In this document: piece by piece, positions 54,938 through 64,000 of the stretch
Position numbering within the stretch: the first letter of the stretch is position 1
Layout of the letters: every line of letters begins with the position of its first letter
Source: a virus
IMG/VR virus record: IMGVR_UViG_3300042542_003555
Coordinates: 1 to 64,000 of that record
DNA length: 64,000 nt
Reading direction: 5' to 3' (one strand)
The notes under the pieces: model-generated
What the model was told of the DNA's origin: nothing
Databases searched by the model: none
Seen by the model: only the letters and a program-made list of their open reading frames with translations
Translations under genes and position numbers: made by a program

Positions 54938-56839
54938 TTAAGCGTTTTGAACTGATACGAATGTGTTTGCTAAGTCACCATCAATACTAAAGTACCTCAA
55001 GTATGCAGAACTAGTTGCTGACATATTAAATGTTGTAGAATTGATAGTAGAATTTAGTGCTGTACAACCATGAGTAACTGTTCTCTGATTACCGCTAGTA
55101 TTGGTTAACCAAACTTCAACTACTTTACCATAAACAAAATTTGAAAGTGTGATAGTTAAATCCGCAACCAATTCTGCTTTAATCAATGATGTTGTTGAAA
55201 AATCAATTGTAAAGGCTGTCTGAGCACCCTGTAAAACTGTTGGTGTATAAATGAATCCTTTTTCTGGACCAACAGTACCAGTAAAATAAACAGAATCAGC
55301 ATTAAATGAAGCAATTTCATTAACAACATTTGAACCTGTTGGTGTATTCCAAAATCTTATTCTGGATCCACGATTTGTATCCGAATGATTTTCAGTAGCA
55401 ACAAAATCAATTCTTGCATCACCAAATGGTGCATATCCTGTAGTACCATAAGAGTTACCAGCAATACGCAACAGAATATCATTGTTCTGTGTTGGTGTTG
55501 GCGCACTTACTGTACCTCTGGCTGCTCTACCGGCAATGACAGGGTATGCTGTATTTGAAGTACCAAAAGAATCAATCAACACTCTAGCAGGTGTATTTGC
55601 TTTACTGGTCAATTGCATCAATGTACCAGCCTGTGTAGGAGTTTGTGAACTTCCTGCTGCTGTGATGGTAAAGGCGGCTTCTGTTGCACTAAAGTTGCTG
55701 TTTGCAAGAACCATGGTGCTGTTGACAGTTACAGCACCCGTCATGTAGGTGTTTGCAATCATTGACACATTGCCCGTAAGTGTTGAAGTACCACTTACAA
55801 TTAGATTACCTGTTGTGATGGGACCTGTAGAACTTGTTGTTCCTAGAACTGTAACATTTCCTGTTATATTTAAACTTCCATCAAATGTTCCTGATGTGTT
55901 TGCTAATGCATTGTTTGCTTTAGTGAATGCCGCTTGCGTAAAAGTATTTACTGAAGCAATATTGGTATTCTGAAGATCATTAATTGTTTGTAGGTATACA
56001 GTATTACTTGATGCATTATTAGCTTGAGCATAAGCAGCAGTTGCTAAGGCTACACCAGCATTTGCTGAAGTCCAGCCACTATTGGCTGTAAATGAAGCCA
56101 TTGAAGCATAGGTATTAACTGAACTGATATTTGTGTTCTGAGTGACATTAATTTGTCCTTCTGCATTCGCTTTACCATATGCAGCTAAAGCTAATGTGTT
56201 AATTGCTACTGTATTTGCACCCGCTGTGTTTGCGGCAGCAAAGGAACCTTGTGAATAATCCGCTGCTACTGCTGCGGTGTTCTGAGATGTTCCATCTGCA
56301 AAGATGATAGGTTTTTTAGTTAATCTAAATCCCGTATTATCAATCATTCTGGCAACAACATTTGCTTGTTCATAGCCACCAAGAACAAACTCAATTTGTT
56401 TACCTGATGTAATTGAACCAAGCATCAAGTTACCGCCAGGGTTACTTGTTCCACCACCTGCAACAATCAAATATCCATCCAATGGACTTATATTGTAATT
56501 GGAGTTATTAATACCCAAATCAACATAGTAAGTTGTATCTGTTCCTGTGTCGGCAGTTGCAACATAATCTGCCGATCCATTTGCTACACTATTTAACAGA
56601 TTAACTTGCAAATATGCTTCAGAATCTCCAGCAAACTGTGCAACCACATTAGGAAAAACAACAGGATTATCTCCAACATTCAACACGTTATTAGCATATA
56701 ATCTCTCAGCTAATTGTGTTGCGGTAAATTTACCTGTTATTCCTGTGGGAATATCAACACCAAGAAAGAGACTGTTTGATGTATTTGCATTCAGTCCTCC
56801 TGGAATATTTGGTAATTGTGAAATTTTTACTGTTGACAT
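54938..56839 (-). CDS. baseplate-attached fibre-like protein
   Basis: N-terminal VKISQLP, A..AY..AN coils, beta-rich C-terminus; between gp7 and gp8. Confidence 0.65.
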   Translation of the reverse strand: MSTVKISQLPNIPGGLNANTSNSLFLGVDIPTGITGKFTATQLAERLYANNVLNVGDNPVVFPNVVAQFAGDSEAYLQVNLLNSVANGSADYVATADTGTDTTYYVDLGINNSNYNISPLDGYLIVAGGGTSNPGGNLMLGSITSGKQIEFVLGGYEQANVVARMIDNTGFRLTKKPIIFADGTSQNTAAVAADYSQGSFAAANTAGANTVAINTLALAAYGKANAEGQINVTQNTNISSVNTYASMASFTANSGWTSANAGVALATAAYAQANNASSNTVYLQTINDLQNTNIASVNTFTQAAFTKANNALANTSGTFDGSLNITGNVTVLGTTSSTGPITTGNLIVSGTSTLTGNVSMIANTYMTGAVTVNSTMVLANSNFSATEAAFTITAAGSSQTPTQAGTLMQLTSKANTPARVLIDSFGTSNTAYPVIAGRAARGTVSAPTPTQNNDILLRIAGNSYGTTGYAPFGDARIDFVATENHSDTNRGSRIRFWNTPTGSNVVNEIASFNADSVYFTGTVGPEKGFIYTPTVLQGAQTAFTIDFSTTSLIKAELVADLTITLSNFVYGKVVEVWLTNTSGNQRTVTHGCTALNSTINSTTFNMSATSSAYLRYFSIDGDLANTFVSVQNA

Positions 56840-56842
56840 GTT

Positions 56843-59674
56843 TTATCCTAATAAGATGATTCTATCGTCTTCCGTTACGATTGTTTCTCCAGACTCAGTA
56901 ATTAGTTCTGGGAAGTATTGTGTTCCTATTGGTCCATAAATAACTATCTGATTTTGTTTAGTAACATCTCCTCCGGCAGAGAAAGTTCTTAAAACGCTTA
57001 GGTTTGCTCCAGCGTTTGCTGTTACCGCAGAGGAAAGAACGATATTACCTGCAACATAATCTATAGAAGAAACTGTTCTTATGGCACCATTTACCCTTAC
57101 CTGATCTCCTACATATACAATATCTTTTAGGGGATAAGCAGTGTTACTATAAACACCATTATTAATGATATCATAAGTGCCAGTTAATGATAGTATATTT
57201 ATTGTGGTACAGGATGAAACCGCAGAGATTCTTGCAACATTCGGGAAAGTTAACCAAGTATTAGCAGCAATAGTAATCGTATTTGTTGCTGGATTAATAG
57301 ACGTAATTTCCGAATGAACATTTGGACCATTTGTTGGTCCTAGAGAAATTGTGCTGTTCGCAAAGATGAAGTTTGCAATGTTTACACCAGAAGCAAGATT
57401 GTAGAATGTGATTACATTGCTACTTAAATTTGCAAAATCTGTTCTAATCACAGCATTTGCTGAAGCAACATTAGTATAGAAATATAAAGTTTTACCTATT
57501 GATGTGGCTTCTAACATACGCAAATCTAAACTATTGTTAGATTTGAGAGCATATCTACCAATGACTTTCATACCTGCTGGATGTAGCAGACCCAATAGAA
57601 CTTCTCTGTATTTGCTAATCTCCTTGTCTACAGTAATTTGATAAGTGAAGTTATTGTAATCATCACTCTGTAGGATACTGAACGCACTAGGCTGTCCTCT
57701 GCTATCCAAATACTGACCTTGACTAAATGCCAATCCATTCAGGAATGTTGCTGTTGCTTTAGCTGTGCCATCACCATATGTACGAACACCAGAAGAAAAT
57801 TCTGGACTACCAACATAGAAATAGTTCTCTGCATAGTTTGTGGGATCAATATCTAAAACTAAATTCTGATCGGAAACTTTTAGTTGTAATGCTGTGTTTG
57901 GTGTTGAACTATAGTTATAGATTCTCAATCTATATTTTGATTGCGTTGTTATTAAATTAGGTACTAATAATGAGAAAGAATCTATGTAGGCAGAATATGA
58001 AGCTGATGATACGTTCGCACCTTGAAAAATTACGTTTCCTGTTTGTGCAATCAGGTTTGTGTCTACGTTAGAAACAATAATATCTTGAACTTTTAATGAT
58101 ACGTTTGGTGCAGCAATATAATCTTCACCTAAATTTGTTGCTGTGATTGTTGTGATTGATCCAATTCTATCTGTTACCGGAGTAAATGATGCACCTTGTC
58201 CTAAGATACCATCAATGTAGATTGATGCATTTGAACCACCTGATGTTGATATGGTCAATATAGGCAGTGCGTCAAGACGGTATCCCAATCCACCGAGTGG
58301 ATAAGTTCCATCACCAGGAACAAATTCTACTTCGGTGATCGCTCCATTGGCTGCCACGTTGATGACATTTGCATGGGCGCCATATCCAGAACCACCAGTA
58401 AATACAATTTGATCGTTTGCTGCATAACCAATACCTGGGTTTCCTATTTGTATTGGGGCTAATATTCCTAATGATCCCAAATCACCTTTTGCTGATGGGT
58501 TGTCTGTTGGGTATGTTGAAATTGCTCTGACACCGATTGCCGCAGCAGAACTGATGCCTCCACCACCATTAACAACACCAACAGATGTGATGGGGAAAGC
58601 AAAGAATGACGTTGTGTTTGGAAACGAATTTGCTAAAGATGTATTAGCATTTGCAGTTGAACTAAGACTGATAAAACTATATGTTGCATTCCCAATAGGG
58701 ACGCTTGCAGCATAAGTTATACCATAGCCTATGATTCCTGATACGTTGGCTACATATCTATCTGTGTCATCAAAGTTTGCTACTTGTGCTATAGCGCCTG
58801 ACGCATTAGTTAATGAGATGATTGTATTTGAGTTAGCATTATATCCATAACCACCAGTTATGGTATTAATTCTTTGAATAGAACCTTTTGTTGTTTCACT
58901 GACGATAGCAGTAGCACCAACTCCTGTATTAGCATTTAATCCACCAACAAAGACAACAGGGTCACCTTCCTTGTATAGCTGACCTCTATTATTTGGATCA
59001 ATTCTAACCTGGTTGATTTGACCAATTATCTTTGCTCTAAGAACATTACCATCAAATAAAACTGGTTGATTAAAAGCATCTACCACTTTAACAAACTCAC
59101 CCGTTTCAAAAACTCTAGTTACATTTGAAATATAAACTTCAGTCTTTGTGTTTGCTATTACTGCATTTTCAATTGTAGCGATTGTCTTTGATGTTTCACC
59201 AAACAATCTTAGATTTGTTGTGTCTAAGAAATTGATATCGTCGGAAGCCAAACGAACACTTCTTGCAACATACCAAACTCCATCGGATGCTCTTAGTACA
59301 TAATCTTTTGTGTTGAAGTAATCAAAGTCAGAATCATACAATAATCTAAAAAGAAAACTATATGACGCTGGTGTTCCTTTTGATTTATATAATTGTCTGG
59401 CTAGTTTTACTGCTTTCTTCTTGTCTACTAGAATATCATCTGGAAAATTAGGAAGAAAATCATTGACAAAGTATTCTACAAACTCATTTGTTGTTTCATC
59501 AATATCTTTATAACTAAGTAAATTTTTTGAATAATCCAACACCTTCCCATTCTGTTCAAGCCACTCATAGTATGCCTGTGTAAACTCGATAAATTTGGAA
59601 TAGTCTGGATTGTCCCTGATAAAATCAGGAAACTGTGAAGGTATTAATAAAGAGGTCTTTTTATCTGTAGACAT
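56843..59674 (-). CDS. gp7: baseplate wedge initiator gp7-like
   Basis: SQFP.FIR..Y..FI.F..AYY, LYKSKGT..SY..LFRLLY, LQ..DY....Y, HPAGMK. Confidence 0.8.
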   Translation of the reverse strand: MSTDKKTSLLIPSQFPDFIRDNPDYSKFIEFTQAYYEWLEQNGKVLDYSKNLLSYKDIDETTNEFVEYFVNDFLPNFPDDILVDKKKAVKLARQLYKSKGTPASYSFLFRLLYDSDFDYFNTKDYVLRASDGVWYVARSVRLASDDINFLDTTNLRLFGETSKTIATIENAVIANTKTEVYISNVTRVFETGEFVKVVDAFNQPVLFDGNVLRAKIIGQINQVRIDPNNRGQLYKEGDPVVFVGGLNANTGVGATAIVSETTKGSIQRINTITGGYGYNANSNTIISLTNASGAIAQVANFDDTDRYVANVSGIIGYGITYAASVPIGNATYSFISLSSTANANTSLANSFPNTTSFFAFPITSVGVVNGGGGISSAAAIGVRAISTYPTDNPSAKGDLGSLGILAPIQIGNPGIGYAANDQIVFTGGSGYGAHANVINVAANGAITEVEFVPGDGTYPLGGLGYRLDALPILTISTSGGSNASIYIDGILGQGASFTPVTDRIGSITTITATNLGEDYIAAPNVSLKVQDIIVSNVDTNLIAQTGNVIFQGANVSSASYSAYIDSFSLLVPNLITTQSKYRLRIYNYSSTPNTALQLKVSDQNLVLDIDPTNYAENYFYVGSPEFSSGVRTYGDGTAKATATFLNGLAFSQGQYLDSRGQPSAFSILQSDDYNNFTYQITVDKEISKYREVLLGLLHPAGMKVIGRYALKSNNSLDLRMLEATSIGKTLYFYTNVASANAVIRTDFANLSSNVITFYNLASGVNIANFIFANSTISLGPTNGPNVHSEITSINPATNTITIAANTWLTFPNVARISAVSSCTTINILSLTGTYDIINNGVYSNTAYPLKDIVYVGDQVRVNGAIRTVSSIDYVAGNIVLSSAVTANAGANLSVLRTFSAGGDVTKQNQIVIYGPIGTQYFPELITESGETIVTEDDRIILLG

Positions 59675-61749
59675 TATTGCAGTTTAGCAGTTAAATTCAC
59701 AACAACAGCGTTAGGATCAAAAGGATCCACTGTAATTATTCGATTAAACGATGATGATATAATTGTCGTTGCTGGGTTTGCAGTTATAGTTAATTCTGCT
59801 AGTTCATTACTTACAGTAACAGGATTGAACGAATTCAATTGAACAAGTCCAGTCTCGTAGTCTACTGTACCAATAGGATCAGTTAAAATGATTTTGACAC
59901 CAGATGCATTGTAATAATATGTTCTCAGTGCACCTAATCTACCTTGAATATTTGCAATCGCTACACCTAGTGTTCCTGTTGTGTCTCCTTCTGCTGCCGT
60001 GATCGATACTACAGCACTGGTATAACCAGAACCATTATTGGTCATATTGATTTCTCTGATAGTACCATTTGAATTGATTACGGCAACCGCAGTTGCACCA
60101 GCTCCATCTCCAGTTATTGTTACTATTGGTGCGCTTTGATATTTAATACCAGGATTGATAATTGAAATAGAATCAACACCACCAGTAGATGAAGGAATTT
60201 CTTCAATGAAAACATTTGTTATCGTGCTGGTTAAATTATCTGGGTCTCTAAATGTCATCGCAGGAGTGCTTGTGATACCACTCTGGAACATGCCTTTTGC
60301 TAATTTAGTACCAAAATTTAAATTGTAATTTGTTGGAATTGTCAGTGAAGGAAAAAATTTCTTCTGCGTCTGTACGATCAATTCATTCGTTATGATAGAA
60401 GAATCAACAGATAATATGGCACTGGTAATATCTGTTTCTAAAAATGTTGAGTTGAAAGTATTCAGCAAGTTTGTTGCAGTGTTTGCAATCGTATTTTTAA
60501 TTGTTTCTCTAAGTTGTTCTTGTGATAGTGTTGTCTTTCTTGGATCATAAAGAACATTTGTCGTTATCTTCAAATACGTATAATCTGGATCAATTAATGT
60601 AGGCTCAACTGTTAACACAGAAATTGGCTTAATAACATCTTGTATAATTCTTTGCTTCTGTGTATCTGTGAAGAAGTATGCACCCGCAGGTTTGATTGAT
60701 ACAAATACTTGTCCATAAACTGGAGGATCATTTTCTTGTCCTCCCCAAACATTAACAGCATCAAAAGAATAACCTAAGTTATTTTGTTGAATCAACGTAA
60801 TATAGTCATTTTTGGATACTGCACGATTTTGTGCTGAGTATGATTTTGGTGCTTGATATTTAATTGATTCTATCGTTTCTGCTTGTCCACCATTAGATGC
60901 AGAGAAGATAGGTGAAACTAATGGTGTTCCACCAGTAGCCGTTGTCAATGTAAAATTGTTTGCACCTGCTGCGGCTGTACCGCTTGTCTGCACAAAAGTA
61001 ACAATGATAGCAGAACCGTCAACTAATTTTTTACCTAGTATACCATCACCAAAATATATTTGATAGTTACCATTAAAACTCTCTTGCAAGAAATATACCT
61101 TTGATGATGAATTCAAAGTTAATGCATCAGTGGCCAATGTATATACATCAAAAACACTTGATGTTGGATTAGGATATACTCTTACTGAAAGTGTGGTTGT
61201 ATCAATAGTTTCTTGAGGTAAATCGAACAATGCATCAGGATTAGAACTCTCATCATACGTGAAGGTGTATGTAGATGGTATACCTTGTTTGATGTTTAAA
61301 TTATTGAATGTTGCAACACCACCAACTATATTTGATGTATATGAATCTGTAGTAACAAAGTTGTAGTTTATTCCATTGACTCTATCAGACAAAAATGATG
61401 AAAATTTTGGAAGAGTGTATGCACTTCCAGTAAGTCCCGAAATACTCAAATTGACTACTGCTGAAGGAGCAATCGCTGATCTTGGCGTATATCCTAAAAG
61501 CTTGGCATGAGAAACAACAGAATTTCTTTGTAGTGCAGAATCTAAGAACATTTCATTTGCTACCATATTTAGGTAGTATGCATTGTATTGGGTATTATAT
61601 GTTAATATGTCTAGTAGAGTGCTGATACCTGAACCAGCAAAATTATAATCTTTAAATGTGTCTTTAGATTTTAAGAATGTTGCTAAACTAGTTTTGATAT
61701 TATCAAAATCTAAGTCTGCTACTTGATTGTATGTATTGGCTGTGGCCAT
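59674..61749 (-). CDS. gp6: baseplate wedge subunit gp6
   Basis: LDFD.IK..L..FL, DYNF.GS, NEMFLDSA..R.SVVSHAK.LGY.PRS, YFGDGILG, QNRAVS..DY. Confidence 0.93.
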   Translation of the reverse strand: MATANTYNQVADLDFDNIKTSLATFLKSKDTFKDYNFAGSGISTLLDILTYNTQYNAYYLNMVANEMFLDSALQRNSVVSHAKLLGYTPRSAIAPSAVVNLSISGLTGSAYTLPKFSSFLSDRVNGINYNFVTTDSYTSNIVGGVATFNNLNIKQGIPSTYTFTYDESSNPDALFDLPQETIDTTTLSVRVYPNPTSSVFDVYTLATDALTLNSSSKVYFLQESFNGNYQIYFGDGILGKKLVDGSAIIVTFVQTSGTAAAGANNFTLTTATGGTPLVSPIFSASNGGQAETIESIKYQAPKSYSAQNRAVSKNDYITLIQQNNLGYSFDAVNVWGGQENDPPVYGQVFVSIKPAGAYFFTDTQKQRIIQDVIKPISVLTVEPTLIDPDYTYLKITTNVLYDPRKTTLSQEQLRETIKNTIANTATNLLNTFNSTFLETDITSAILSVDSSIITNELIVQTQKKFFPSLTIPTNYNLNFGTKLAKGMFQSGITSTPAMTFRDPDNLTSTITNVFIEEIPSSTGGVDSISIINPGIKYQSAPIVTITGDGAGATAVAVINSNGTIREINMTNNGSGYTSAVVSITAAEGDTTGTLGVAIANIQGRLGALRTYYYNASGVKIILTDPIGTVDYETGLVQLNSFNPVTVSNELAELTITANPATTIISSSFNRIITVDPFDPNAVVVNLTAKLQ

Positions 61750-62165
61750 TATCTAGTCCTCTTTAATAGAAGATTTAGTGTTGTTGACGCAGTATTATTG
61801 GCAATATAGAAGGTTATGGTTGCAGTATAACCATTTTCATCATTATTCATTCTAACTACAATTGGTGATGTAATTTGATCTGAATCATCAAAAGAAACTC
61901 TAGGCTCATAGTTCTCAATACATCTTCTTATCTCATTTTCAATAACAGCTTCCATTTGCCTGCTTGTGTTTTCAAATAAGAGACCAGTTAAATTCGAACC
62001 TAGTCTTGGCTGAAAAGGTCTTTCATAAAAATTTGTAAGCAATAGATTTCTGACGGAACGAAGCACAGCTTGTTCATCGTAACTGATAGCTACATCTCCA
62101 GTAGCAGGATTTCGATTGAAAGTCAAATCCAGGTCAGAATATATTTTTTTAAGTGTTTTTGCCAT
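61749..62165 (-). CDS. gp25: baseplate wedge subunit gp25
   Basis: YSDLDL.F..NP...D, AV..SVRNL.LT...ERPF.P..G, YEPRV. Confidence 0.93.
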   Translation of the reverse strand: MAKTLKKIYSDLDLTFNRNPATGDVAISYDEQAVLRSVRNLLLTNFYERPFQPRLGSNLTGLLFENTSRQMEAVIENEIRRCIENYEPRVSFDDSDQITSPIVVRMNNDENGYTATITFYIANNTASTTLNLLLKRTR

Positions 62166-62172
62166 CTACTAT

Positions 62173-63057
62173 TTATGTTGCTATTTTAGACTTTAAGTAG
62201 TCGGTTCCTACTAAATTATTAATTAGATAGTTTTGTGTATTGCTTATATTTGAAAATCTACTTAAAAATGCGTAATCTCTGTTTACTTGTATGGTAGCTT
62301 GATAAAACGTCCAATCATCATCAATTCTGCGATATACTTGATTATAAAGTCCTCTAAATGAGACATTCATTGTTTGCATTTGAGATGCAGACAGTGTGCA
62401 AGTATTTGACCATCCTAATATAGGAGAATACACTCTTGTTGTATTTGTATTGATTAAGTTTGTATAATAATTAAATGTAGTCACATTTCCTGAAAGTTCG
62501 TCGCCAATAAACAAACTAGTCATTGCACCTAGACCACCAATGGCATTAGCAATACCATTAGTCTTATTTAACATGAAAGTATTCTCATTACCATATGTCA
62601 TAACAGAATCAAAAGTTGGGGATAATTCAGTTGCAGTATTTGCAGAGACACCCGAAACATTGTTTGTATGAGAAATAAAGTTACTCAATAACAAAGTCAC
62701 CGCTACTATATTATTTGCATTTGACAGATATGAAATATTGTTTCCATCAGCACCAAGAATTGAATTCACTACATCCTGTGCACCAGATGAAGTAAAGGTT
62801 ACATTAATCATGGTACTACCAAATGAGTTAATAGTGCTTATTAAATTGCTAGTTACGTTTTTTACAGGATTTTTATAATATGTTGACCTACTAATTGGTC
62901 CGTTTTGCAAATCTGTTTTTTGCCAAGAACTAAATGTGATACTGTTTGAACTCGCATTTAGCATGTTCTTTGCATCGTCACTTATGTTAATTGCATCGCC
63001 AAATTTACTCGAATCAAACGTATATTCATATCTCTCAAAGACACTATTTGCTGACAT
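62173..63057 (-). CDS. hypothetical baseplate-region protein
   Basis: 294-aa Asn/Ser/Thr-rich ORF between gp5 and gp25. Confidence 0.7.
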   Translation of the reverse strand: MSANSVFERYEYTFDSSKFGDAINISDDAKNMLNASSNSITFSSWQKTDLQNGPISRSTYYKNPVKNVTSNLISTINSFGSTMINVTFTSSGAQDVVNSILGADGNNISYLSNANNIVAVTLLLSNFISHTNNVSGVSANTATELSPTFDSVMTYGNENTFMLNKTNGIANAIGGLGAMTSLFIGDELSGNVTTFNYYTNLINTNTTRVYSPILGWSNTCTLSASQMQTMNVSFRGLYNQVYRRIDDDWTFYQATIQVNRDYAFLSRFSNISNTQNYLINNLVGTDYLKSKIAT

Positions 63058-63066
63058 AATCTATCC

Positions 63067-63969
63067 TCATGCTGAAATTAATGGTGGTGTAAATCCTGGT
63101 TTCGTTGCTGCTGGTCCTTCTCCTGCATCTGGAACAATTGGAAGTCCTGTAGCTCCTTCTGGATGTGGATGAAAGTGAGTATTATATGTTACTCTTAGTT
63201 TTGATAGTGACCCAAATATATCTCTTGTGTAGATAGTATTCATGATTCCTATGTTTCCAAATAATCCATTGAATGTTGGTGCAGAAACGGACGTTAGTGC
63301 TATGACAACTCCTGTAGGTAATACTGGTCCAGGTAAAGTAAACCCCACGTTCAATCCGCCCAAAGTTTCAATGCCACCATAGGCAAACAATTTATAACCC
63401 GCAGATATGTTTTCTCCTGCTGTAATACTGTTACCAACTCTGAGTGCACCCGCAACCGTCAAGTCTCCATTCACAACAACACTATTACCTGTATTTAGGT
63501 AAATATTTGGTGCTGTAATAGGATTAATGGAATCTAATCCAGTGCCTGCTGTGATGTTTATATCGCCACCCGAAGTAACTTCTAGGTCTCCATCTGCAAC
63601 AATTGTTCCTGTGCCTTTTACAATTGCATTTAAATTTTCATTTATCTGTGCAAATACGCTTCCTCTTACTTCAAGCTTTGCATCAGCGTATACTTGAATA
63701 TTACAAACACCTTCAATTACAATATTGTTATTGTTGACAACAACTGTAAAATTGTTTCCTGCTATGGTAGTTTGCATTGAACCATCTGGCTCTATCCAAA
63801 CTTGAGTATTACTTTTGGCATGTTGCAATATGATTTGTTCATTATCTGGTGTATCATCCAAAATAAACATGTGACCCGCTTCTGTTTGCTGCCCATGTAT
63901 ATATGGATATGTTCCGGGGTTAGGAGAAGTTGCTACACCTACACTACCTAATGGAAGATTATATGCCAT
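63067..63969 (-). CDS. gp5: gp5-like tail spike, C-terminal beta-helix part
   Basis: YPY......TEAGH....DDTP..E.I...H, V.G-type repeats, C-terminal YNTHFHPH; no OB-fold or lysozyme in this ORF. Confidence 0.75.
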   Translation of the reverse strand: MAYNLPLGSVGVATSPNPGTYPYIHGQQTEAGHMFILDDTPDNEQIILQHAKSNTQVWIEPDGSMQTTIAGNNFTVVVNNNNIVIEGVCNIQVYADAKLEVRGSVFAQINENLNAIVKGTGTIVADGDLEVTSGGDINITAGTGLDSINPITAPNIYLNTGNSVVVNGDLTVAGALRVGNSITAGENISAGYKLFAYGGIETLGGLNVGFTLPGPVLPTGVVIALTSVSAPTFNGLFGNIGIMNTIYTRDIFGSLSKLRVTYNTHFHPHPEGATGLPIVPDAGEGPAATKPGFTPPLISA

Positions 63970-64000
63970 TATTTTTCCTTAAAATATCGTCACGTTCACA

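Noticed and set aside
759-63172. All + strand ORFs in the track (for example 24377..24952, 46233..46853, 20748..21230, 40754..41065)
   Set aside because: They lie antisense to well-supported genes, mostly mirror the codon pattern of the real gene, and have no SD or recognisable motifs
63979-64000. 3' end of the upstream gene (...VNVTIF*)
   Set aside because: Too short to assign
1-64000. Alternative genetic code or stop-codon recoding
   Set aside because: Core genes are full length in code 11, and neither tRNA is a suppressor

Overview
A 64-kb piece of an AT-rich, T4-like (myovirus) dsDNA phage genome with the gene order of cyanophage/freshwater T4-like phages. Every credible gene is on the minus strand. 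From low to high coordinate: 5' end of dCMP deaminase, two tRNAs, small ORFs, Hsp20, regA and gp62-44-45; an accessory block (dATP/dGTP diphosphohydrolase, GT-A glycosyltransferase, HTH protein, amino-DNA methyltransferase, GNAT-like/2OG-Fe(II) oxygenase fusion, peptide deformylase); gp46/47, a cytidylyltransferase, gp55, uvsW/uvsY; the head, tail and neck module (gp3, 23, 22, 21, 68, 67, 20, 19, 18, 17, 16, 15, 14, 13); about 15 kb of modular fibre/adhesin genes; a split VrlC/DUF4815-like virion protein; and baseplate genes (gp8, 7, 6, 25, C-terminal gp5). Most notable: (1) the giant virion protein is split in the middle of one beta-domain, and its first half ends in a non-splicing, Hedgehog-like Hint domain plus a 92-aa tail; (2) the fibre genes show an apparent plug-and-socket code of short motifs that follows gene order; (3) a candidate DNA-hypermodification cluster; (4) a ROSE-type RNA thermometer under a late promoter upstream of phage Hsp20; (5) His-rich proteins with capsid-targeting-like N-termini between the terminase genes; (6) a consensus sigma70 promoter firing antisense just upstream of gp55. 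All family calls come from motif recognition by eye; no database searches were run.
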